This document shows positions 56,776 to 64,000 of a stretch of 64,000 bases of DNA, piece after piece. The first letter of the stretch is position 1, and each line of letters starts with the position of its first letter. The translations under genes were made by a program, and so were the position numbers. Under the pieces are notes generated by a model that was given only the letters and a program-made list of their open reading frames with translations, made no database searches and was not told the origin of the DNA. The DNA lies in the sequence record LR756500.1. One strand, written 5' to 3'.

Positions 56776-58558
56776 GTAGAACGTTAACGAAAAACATTAT
56801 ATCTTTATTTATTTCTGTAATATCTAACATTTTTATTTCATTTGTAATTATATTAAATATTGCCAATTTTGTATTAACAGTTATTAATAATTCATCATTT
56901 TTTAAAATAATTTTATATTTAAATTTTTTATCATTTATTTCAATAATATCCAATATTTCATCAAGTGATTTTAAATATATTAATTTATTTTTAACAAATT
57001 GATGATATTCTATATTTATATCTTTAACTTGTACCCAATCAAATAAATTATTTCTTTTATCATATAAATAAAAAGCGTGCTTTTCAGTAGGTTCAATTAT
57101 ACCTACTCCTTTTATTTTTATTTGTTTAACTTTTTCTATTCTTTTTGATATTTGGTTTACATCACGTAATCTATTTTTATGAGTAATTACAGTATCTGTT
57201 ATTTTTAAATCTTTTATTTTTATATCTTCTAAAAATGAGTCTCTTAATACTTTTACAAATGTATTTTCTTCTAAACATAGTCCCTCGAATATTCCTAATA
57301 TACAATGATTTCTTTGTCCTTTTGCTTTTGCATCAATTAATTTTTCAACTTTAGTAGAAGATAAATTTTTATTTAATTTTCTTAATTCTCTTCTTTCTTC
57401 TGCAGATTTTTTCTTTTCTAACCAATCTAAAACATTTTTAACTATATCAGATTCAAATACTGCCTTCATAAAGGTATCTGATACTATATGTTCTGTACCA
57501 AAATCTATTTGAGCTGTTATAAGTTTTTCCTTTGTTTGGGATCCAAATGAACTATTAATAACAGTAGCATTAACAAATAAAAACATATATTGTTTTAGTT
57601 CTGATGGTTTAACATCTATTTTATATTTCTTTTGTATTTTATCTCGTAACCAATTTATTATTTGATTAATTATATAATCAACATGAGTTCCACCTTCCTT
57701 TGTTTCAACTGAATTAACAAATGAAACGTGTCTATAACCATCTTTTGATAATCCTAACCCTATTTGCCAATCTTTTGATTTTTCGTAAAATACATGTGGA
57801 ACATATAATTCAGTATATTTATGAAAATCAGAATATTTTAATAATTTTTCATTTAAATATATTTTAAGATTAGGATTACAGGCTGCAATATCTATTAATC
57901 GTTTTGTTATAATATCTTTACTAATTTCATCTATACCTATTTTTAACATTCCAAATTTATCTAAATCTGGATAATAAATTATTTCAGTATAATGTTTTGT
58001 AGTGGTTTTAATAATAGGATTAGATCGTTTACGCATGTTTTCAGTAAATTCCTGTTCAAATGATTTTTCACCATCTGCAGTTTTAACAATAAACTTTTTA
58101 CTAAAAATATTTGTAAGTGTTGCTCCTTCACCGTGCAAGCCTGCTCCTGTTCGATCATCAACATCATTAAAATTACTGCCTGCTTTTAATTCAGAAAATA
58201 ACATTTCCGGTATATAAATATTTTCTACTGGATGTATTTCTACTGGAATTCCACCATTATCCCATATTGATATAAAATTTTCAGTTGTATTAATTGTAAC
58301 TTTAATTGTATTTAATAGTGAATCTTTATTTTTGAATTCATCAACTGAATTTGAAATAATTTCATCAAATAATTTCAAAAATCCAGGATTGAATGTAATA
58401 TCGTAAAGTTCAAATTTTTGAGAATCTTCATCAAATAAATATGATTCTCTTTTATGAAATGAAGTAGATCCAATATATCGTCCAGGTCTTAAAAGAACAT
58501 GATCTACATCATCTAATTTTTTGTATTTATTTGCTAAAAAATCTTTTGATTTTTTCAT
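56768..58558 (-). CDS. gyrB: Type II topoisomerase B subunit ATPase fragment + 169-aa split-intein N part
   Basis: HVLLRPG.YIGS, FDEII.NSVDE, WDNG.GIP, GSNF.D, G.HG.GA, KL.DA, EGL|CL.ENT.V, block B T.KH.F. Confidence 0.93.
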   Translation of the reverse strand: MKKSKDFLANKYKKLDDVDHVLLRPGRYIGSTSFHKRESYLFDEDSQKFELYDITFNPGFLKLFDEIISNSVDEFKNKDSLLNTIKVTINTTENFISIWDNGGIPVEIHPVENIYIPEMLFSELKAGSNFNDVDDRTGAGLHGEGATLTNIFSKKFIVKTADGEKSFEQEFTENMRKRSNPIIKTTTKHYTEIIYYPDLDKFGMLKIGIDEISKDIITKRLIDIAACNPNLKIYLNEKLLKYSDFHKYTELYVPHVFYEKSKDWQIGLGLSKDGYRHVSFVNSVETKEGGTHVDYIINQIINWLRDKIQKKYKIDVKPSELKQYMFLFVNATVINSSFGSQTKEKLITAQIDFGTEHIVSDTFMKAVFESDIVKNVLDWLEKKKSAEERRELRKLNKNLSSTKVEKLIDAKAKGQRNHCILGIFEGLCLEENTFVKVLRDSFLEDIKIKDLKITDTVITHKNRLRDVNQISKRIEKVKQIKIKGVGIIEPTEKHAFYLYDKRNNLFDWVQVKDINIEYHQFVKNKLIYLKSLDEILDIIEINDKKFKYKIILKNDELLITVNTKLAIFNIITNEIKMLDITEINKDIMFFVNVLHI

Positions 58559-58690
58559 ATAGAAAATATAAAATATTAAATATTAAATTTATATGCTAAT
58601 ATAATAATAAAGTTTCAAAAATAAAACGATAGAAATAAAAAAAGCCACATAATTTTCATTATATAGCTTTTTTTAATTTTTTAAAACTTA

Positions 58691-59908
58691 TTATTTTTTG
58701 ATTCCTAAATCAAGACTTAAATCATTTGCATATTTAACAGTCATGAAATCTACTAATTTATTTGCTCCATTACTATTGCCTTGAGATTCACCCATTACTA
58801 TATTTGGTACCCAATTTCCTGTATATCCTTTAACAGCATCAGCCCAATATTTTTGTACATTTTCATATGTTTCTAATTTTTGCTTTAGAGCACCATCTGC
58901 TTGCATTACTAATCTTTTATAAGTTGCTTCTCCCTCACCACGTAGTGTTTGTTCTTTCTTATAGTATTCAGCTTCTTCTGCACCTAATCTTGCTACTTCT
59001 TTTGTTTGTTCAGCTTCAGTTACCATTTTAGCTTTTATAACCTCTTGATCCCATTTAGCTTTAGCTGCAGATGCTTTACCTTCTTCTTCTACTTTAATAG
59101 CATTTTGTTCAGCTTTCTTTGTTTCAGCAATAGCTGTTTGAACATCCATTATAGCCTTTTGTTGAGCTTTAATTTGTTGATCAACTACTTCATCATATAC
59201 AATTTTATTAATAGATAAATTATAAATACCGATACCTATATCAGCAAGAGGTGATTCACCTTGTCTTTTAAGAGTATTAGCAGTTGTATCTTTAACTATT
59301 TCTACAACAGTAACAGTCTTTTCTTTTCCAGATAATGGATCTATACCTTTAACTTCTTTAGTAGTTGTTTTATAAACTCCATATGCTGCTTGATCATCTA
59401 TAAATGACAATAAATCATTTCTACGTTCAGCATAAGATTCTTTTGAACTCATTAATGGGCCTGTCATATAAACAGATTTTTCTATTACTGTTCTAATTAA
59501 TTGTTGTTCTACTGCTTCTTGTGAACCATATAACATATGAATTTTACTCATATTAGTCTCATCCATTGGTAATTTAAAACGAATACTACCTGAAATTTTA
59601 GCATGCCCACCATCATTAAAACGAATTTTAATACTTTGATCTGCAGCACTACCTTGATCAACTGCAGATGAAAACCAATACTGTGATTCTTTTTTGTAAT
59701 GTTGTGCTGTACCAAAATTTTGATACTTTAAACCTGGCGAAAAATAGAAATGTAATTCTCCGTCAACTGGATCTTGTATTACTACAATTTCATCGGCATC
59801 TACACTTTCAACTATACTGCCTGAAAGTGCAATTAATACTATTGCGGCAATTGCAAATAAAACGAGGAAAAATAATTTTGTTCCTCTGGGTTTGATTGAA
59901 TCTGTCAT
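58691..59908 (-). CDS. SPFH / band 7 / prohibitin-family membrane protein
   Basis: N-terminal TM helix, VVIQ...G.L, I.F.DGG.A.ISG..R, Ala/Glu-rich coiled-coil tail. Confidence 0.88.
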   Translation of the reverse strand: MTDSIKPRGTKLFFLVLFAIAAIVLIALSGSIVESVDADEIVVIQDPVDGELHFYFSPGLKYQNFGTAQHYKKESQYWFSSAVDQGSAADQSIKIRFNDGGHAKISGSIRFKLPMDETNMSKIHMLYGSQEAVEQQLIRTVIEKSVYMTGPLMSSKESYAERRNDLLSFIDDQAAYGVYKTTTKEVKGIDPLSGKEKTVTVVEIVKDTTANTLKRQGESPLADIGIGIYNLSINKIVYDEVVDQQIKAQQKAIMDVQTAIAETKKAEQNAIKVEEEGKASAAKAKWDQEVIKAKMVTEAEQTKEVARLGAEEAEYYKKEQTLRGEGEATYKRLVMQADGALKQKLETYENVQKYWADAVKGYTGNWVPNIVMGESQGNSNGANKLVDFMTVKYANDLSLDLGIKK

Positions 59909-59932
59909 TGTTAATTTAAATTTAAGTGAATA

Positions 59933-60160
59933 TTAATTATTTGGTGTTATTGGTGTTTCGTTTTCATTCTTTTTGTTAGTTGTATCATGCCCATTACATT
60001 TATCGTCATGACAACATTTACAATCTTTCTTTTTATAAAAAATTGATTTGAAAATACTAAATAATGGTTTATTTGTTAAAATGGGAATTAATATATCAAA
60101 AATTGCCCATACTAAAATTACTATTGGAAGTAAAACTCTTATAAAAAATAATATAATCAT
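59933..60160 (-). CDS. Small membrane protein
   Basis: N-terminal hydrophobic helix. Confidence 0.5.
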   Translation of the reverse strand: MIILFFIRVLLPIVILVWAIFDILIPILTNKPLFSIFKSIFYKKKDCKCCHDDKCNGHDTTNKKNENETPITPNN

Positions 60161-60186
60161 AATGCAATAAATTAATTAAACTTGTA

Positions 60187-60260
60187 TGTAAATATAATAA
60201 AAAAGAATTTAATTAAAAATATATAGTTTAATTTTAAATTAATTTGTAAATATAATAAAA
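60187..60260 (-). promoter_or_regulatory. Tandem early-type promoters (TTATATTTACA x2)
   Basis: TTTTTTATTATATTTACA at 60187-60204 and 60245-60262. Confidence 0.5.
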
Positions 60261-60263
60261 AAG

Positions 60264-60291
60264 AAAGGGTATAAATTAATTTATACCCTTT
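60264..60291. terminator. Perfect 28-bp palindrome, probable terminator
   Basis: AAAGGGTATAAATT|AATTTATACCCTTT directly after ORF 60297-60590. Confidence 0.6.
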
Positions 60292-60296
60292 AAAAA

Positions 60297-60590
60297 TTAT
60301 AATTCTGATGGATGTAATCGAACAGAATCTATAGTTAGATTTTGTTCATATCCATATTCTGTTTGTAATGTTACACCCTCATCTGGCCAACCTGGATCAC
60401 CAGCATAATGATATGATTTCATATATTTTTTTTCTTCATATTCATCTCCAGCAACCCATATTCTTTTACCTTTACATAATGATAGTACTTTTTCATTACG
60501 ATCTATTTTAGCCCATACATAATAAAGAATATTATGTTTTTTAGTATATTTAATCTCTGTTAAATATTTTATATCATTTTCAAATATCAT
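60297..60590 (-). CDS. Hypothetical protein
   Basis: 97-aa ORF. Confidence 0.55.
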   Translation of the reverse strand: MIFENDIKYLTEIKYTKKHNILYYVWAKIDRNEKVLSLCKGKRIWVAGDEYEEKKYMKSYHYAGDPGWPDEGVTLQTEYGYEQNLTIDSVRLHPSEL

Positions 60591-60700
60591 AATAAATAAT
60601 CTTTTTATTCTTATATATTACATTTTTCCGACTCAATAGCGATAAATTTTATATTGGGTAATTAAAAAATGTTTTGGATTACCCAGGTTATTTTTATAAA

Positions 60701-63700
60701 TTATTGAATATTTAATTGTTGATTAGTAACTCTGACTTTAAGTTCACCTTTTATTTCATTAATTAATTCATCTAATTTACTAGACATGTTATCCATAGAT
60801 AATTTAAGAGATGTTAGATCAGCAACTGCTTGTACAGTTGCTGATTTTGTTGGTGCATTCGTAGGTTCATTTTTAGTAATTGCAACAGGTGTTACTACTG
60901 CAGCAGATTTAGTACTAGATTTAAACATATTATTTATTTTATCTGAAAATTGTCCTATTAAATCTAAACCTTTTTCTATACCAGTACTTATACCTTCTGA
61001 TATTCCTGATGCTATACCATCTCCACCAACTTTAATTTCATATTTGTATATTTCTGAAATACTATCAAACATAGTATTCATTTTATCTACTTTACGTATA
61101 TTTAAATCATTAATTGCTTCTTTAAAATCTGCAGTACTTTTAGCTATTCTTTCAAAAGATGATGCAACTTTATCCATTGCATTTGCATGTTTAGCAATTG
61201 CTTCAACCATACCTGCAAAATTTTGTGGCATAGTTTCAGTTAATAATTTTACAGTATTTTTATCTCTTAATTGATCTTTAGTTAAATTATATACTGCTAA
61301 TAAACCAAGAGGAGCTGCCATTATTATATGTTTAACGTTACTTGCTAATAATTCAGCATCATCAAACTTTGAAATTCTTTCTGTTATATCAATAAGATTG
61401 TCAAATTTTCCATCTAACATTTCAATTATTTCAACACCTTTTTTAATATTATCTATTCCAAATATATTGTATTTTAAATGTGTAGCTTTATCATCAGATC
61501 CTAATAATCCTATAGGAAAAGTTAATCCTCTAATCATAGAATTAATATTATTTTCAAATAATCCAGGCGCTAAAAGTATTCCATTTTTGTCGTATACTCC
61601 AAATATTCCATCATTTTCAGTTCCAATTTTAATTATATCATCTACTACTCCAATTAATACTCCAAATCTATTTCCTATATTTTCTATTACATCTAATCCA
61701 TTAGTCATATCTGAATCAGTAAACCAACCATGTTTAGCACTATCTTTAGAACCTACTTCTCCTATAGTTTTAGTTAATCCCATTACCATAGCTTTAATAT
61801 TTTTATCAACTACAGCAATTTTATTTTCATCTAATTTAACGTCACCAAATGTTAAATTAGCCATTTTTTCAACCATTGTTGCTAAATTTAAAAGAGGTTC
61901 ACCAATATTTTTAATTTGATTAATACCTTTTTCAATATTAGATTCTCCGAAAAACCAATCAGTTTGTGCACCACCAGATGCACCTAACTCACCAAATATT
62001 CCAGTTAATCCACCAGTACGTTTTCCATTTTTATCTACGTATCCACTAATTATAGATCTAATATTATTTTGAACCATTGCAATATGTCCTGGTGTTATTT
62101 GAATTTCATGACCATTATACATAAATTTAAGCCCGGCCCAATCTATAATTGCTTTAGCTAATTCTGATAAAGGTTCACCCATTCCTTTAATTGAATTGAT
62201 ACCTTTTTCAATATTAGATTCTCCAAACCACCAATCAGTTTGTGCATTGGGACTAGCACCTAATGTTCCAAATACTCCAGTTAATCCTCCTTTGCCATCT
62301 TCCCCACTTATTATCATTTTAATATTTCTCTCAAGATTTCTAAAGTCTCCACGTCCTAATTTAAATTCTTTTCCATTTAATGTAAATTTAAGATTTGCCC
62401 AGGATTGAACTCCATAAGCTAAACTAGAAAGTACTTCTCCCATTCCACTTACCATTCTTATTCCTTTGGAAACTGGATCACCACCCATAAAACTTAATAC
62501 TAATCCTGTTAAACCTGATCCTCCAAATTTTATACCTATATCTCCAAATGCTTTAGCTACTACCATTGTGATATAAGCTATATTAAGTCCTAATGTTTTT
62601 ATATCAATTTTATCTTTTACTAATTGTGTAAATTTAGCAAGACCTTCTCCTATTGTTATTAATGATAATCCTGCCATTATTAATGCTGGTGCTACTGCAT
62701 ATATTTTAAGTGTATCTTTAAATCCTATACTAGAAAAACCATTAGTAACTGATTGTAACATTATTTCTAAATTAGTTTTCTTTCTATCTAAAGAACTTGG
62801 TAAAAATAATTCTCTACCTTCATTATATACTTTACTCATAATAAATAAACCACCCGCAATTAAAACTAATGCACTACCTGCAACTATCATAGCACCAGCA
62901 CCTAATGTTATAAATGCGGCAATTACTGGTATACCTGCTGCAGCCATAGCAGCCCCTAATCCAACAATTACAGTTCCCATTAATGCAGTCATTTCCCAAG
63001 GACTATCTACTTTAGATAATGCATCCATAAATATCCAAACTCCTGCACTTATAACACCTAAAGCTGCTGCTGCAATTAACATTACTTCTGCACCTTTTTT
63101 AATAGAATCATTTACTCCTTTTAATCCAGCTACTGCCATTACAGCTCCTAATCCAACTACAATTGCTCCCATTATTGCAATCATCTCCCAAGGATCTCCT
63201 TTAATTCTGCCTAAGCCTTCTATAAATAAAAATATACCTGCACCTATTGCGCCTATTGCTGCGCCTGCATATAACATCGAAGTAGCTCCATTTTTTATAG
63301 AATCACCTCCAAATTTACCTATAATTGCTAAAGCCGTACCAAATACAACAATTGCAATACCTGTCGATATAATCCATTCTAACGGTAGTGCTTTTGGATC
63401 ATTAGGCAGTGCTTGAAATATCCATGCTAATGATACTATTGATGCACCTATTACGTCAAGCTGAAGTGACGTATAAAGAAGATTTTTAATTTTTAATTTA
63501 CTAAATATTAAATAAGTTAATCCAAATAATGAAACTGCAATAGCGGCTTTTAATGACCATGCATATGGAGGTGATTTAAATTGTTTTTCGTCAGGAAGAG
63601 CTTTAAAAGTCCAAGCTAAAAGTACAATAGCTACACCAATAATGCCCATAGCAAGAGCAACTAAACCAATAGATCCTATATCAGCTCCTTTAATATTTCT

Positions 63701-64000
63701 AATTAATATAGCCATTCCAATTGAAAATGCTGCTACTGCTAATCCAGCTTTAAGACTCCATGCAAATGGAGGAGATTTAAATGCTTTTTCTGTGGGCAAA
63801 AACATAAATAAATATGCTAAACCTATTACTCCTAATCCAATACCTAACATAGCTAAAGTAGCCAATCCTATTTCTTTTAATCCAAGTTTTTGTCCTAATT
63901 CATTTTCACCTTTTATTGATTTAATTAACATTGACATTCCAATTGAAAACATAACAGCTGCTAATCCTACTTTAAGAATCCACATTAATGGGGGAGCTTT
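60701..64000 (-). CDS. Tail tape-measure-like protein, 5' end beyond the window
   Basis: >1094 aa, Gly/Ala-rich amphipathic repeats with periodic Trp/Pro (KSPP.AWSLKA; QTDW.FGESNIEKGIN x2); frame open to 64000. Confidence 0.7.
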   Translation of the reverse strand, partial: KAPPLMWILKVGLAAVMFSIGMSMLIKSIKGENELGQKLGLKEIGLATLAMLGIGLGVIGLAYLFMFLPTEKAFKSPPFAWSLKAGLAVAAFSIGMAILIRNIKGADIGSIGLVALAMGIIGVAIVLLAWTFKALPDEKQFKSPPYAWSLKAAIAVSLFGLTYLIFSKLKIKNLLYTSLQLDVIGASIVSLAWIFQALPNDPKALPLEWIISTGIAIVVFGTALAIIGKFGGDSIKNGATSMLYAGAAIGAIGAGIFLFIEGLGRIKGDPWEMIAIMGAIVVGLGAVMAVAGLKGVNDSIKKGAEVMLIAAAALGVISAGVWIFMDALSKVDSPWEMTALMGTVIVGLGAAMAAAGIPVIAAFITLGAGAMIVAGSALVLIAGGLFIMSKVYNEGRELFLPSSLDRKKTNLEIMLQSVTNGFSSIGFKDTLKIYAVAPALIMAGLSLITIGEGLAKFTQLVKDKIDIKTLGLNIAYITMVVAKAFGDIGIKFGGSGLTGLVLSFMGGDPVSKGIRMVSGMGEVLSSLAYGVQSWANLKFTLNGKEFKLGRGDFRNLERNIKMIISGEDGKGGLTGVFGTLGASPNAQTDWWFGESNIEKGINSIKGMGEPLSELAKAIIDWAGLKFMYNGHEIQITPGHIAMVQNNIRSIISGYVDKNGKRTGGLTGIFGELGASGGAQTDWFFGESNIEKGINQIKNIGEPLLNLATMVEKMANLTFGDVKLDENKIAVVDKNIKAMVMGLTKTIGEVGSKDSAKHGWFTDSDMTNGLDVIENIGNRFGVLIGVVDDIIKIGTENDGIFGVYDKNGILLAPGLFENNINSMIRGLTFPIGLLGSDDKATHLKYNIFGIDNIKKGVEIIEMLDGKFDNLIDITERISKFDDAELLASNVKHIIMAAPLGLLAVYNLTKDQLRDKNTVKLLTETMPQNFAGMVEAIAKHANAMDKVASSFERIAKSTADFKEAINDLNIRKVDKMNTMFDSISEIYKYEIKVGGDGIASGISEGISTGIEKGLDLIGQFSDKINNMFKSSTKSAAVVTPVAITKNEPTNAPTKSATVQAVADLTSLKLSMDNMSSKLDELINEIKGELKVRVTNQQLNIQ

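Noticed and set aside
52149-58558. T4 gene 60-type ribosomal hop or group I intron as the cause of the topoisomerase breaks
   Set aside because: Each break has Cys-initiated IntN and His-Asn|Ser IntC motifs that restore conserved extein motifs, so protein trans-splicing explains them.
2426-62408. All plus-strand ORFs in the track (e.g. 2426-2635, 11913-12098, 46148-46495, 60786-61274, 61398-61919)
   Set aside because: Each lies antisense within a well-supported minus-strand gene and has no recognisable motif; these are shadow ORFs.
1-64000. Genome-wide TAG reassignment (genetic code 15) suggested by three in-frame TAGs
   Set aside because: Long genes (DinG, topoisomerase fragments, the 836-aa GT, the tape measure) are intact under code 11, coding density is already high, and no CTA-anticodon tRNA is present. 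The TAGs are local.
1-64000. CRISPR array, rRNA, transposase, reverse transcriptase or retron
   Set aside because: No regularly spaced direct repeats, rRNA-like GC-rich blocks, DDE or YADD motifs were seen. The Cas4-like gene is the solo phage nuclease type.

Overview
A 64-kb, very AT-rich, densely coding segment of a T4-related jumbo phage genome. Every credible gene is on the minus strand and the standard genetic code fits. A Bacteroidota host is inferred from TAnnTTTG-type promoters and a Bacteroides-type SIS-only KdsD. In + strand order the window holds: (i) a translation/tRNA accessory region with Pth2, YqeY, CysC, NADAR, a PNKP-like protein, six tRNAs and one rearranged tRNA-like gene; (ii) GHKL ATPase, vWA protein, DinG helicase and free-standing endonucleases; (iii) a ~12-kb Kdo-biosynthesis and glycosyltransferase island; (iv) Hsp20, a Cas4-like nuclease and an ECF sigma factor; (v) a candidate cytosine-hypermodification locus (dCMP hydroxymethylase-like enzyme, T4-type beta-glucosyltransferase, second GT, dNMP kinase, NTP transferase, CofD-HAD); (vi) a type II topoisomerase whose two subunits are each fractured by a naturally split intein with an endonuclease gene in between; (vii) an SPFH protein and the 3' part of a tape-measure-like gene. 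The most novel-looking signals are a leader-peptide/terminator attenuator whose codons match the anticodons of the tRNA array it precedes, the two split-intein pairs, tandem ATG-AAR-TAG-ATT (Met-Lys-amber) starts on Pth2 and on a downstream leader, and a 7-nt stop-containing insert behind a 14-bp hairpin in the dNMP kinase P-loop. All family calls come from motif recognition by eye; no database searches were run.
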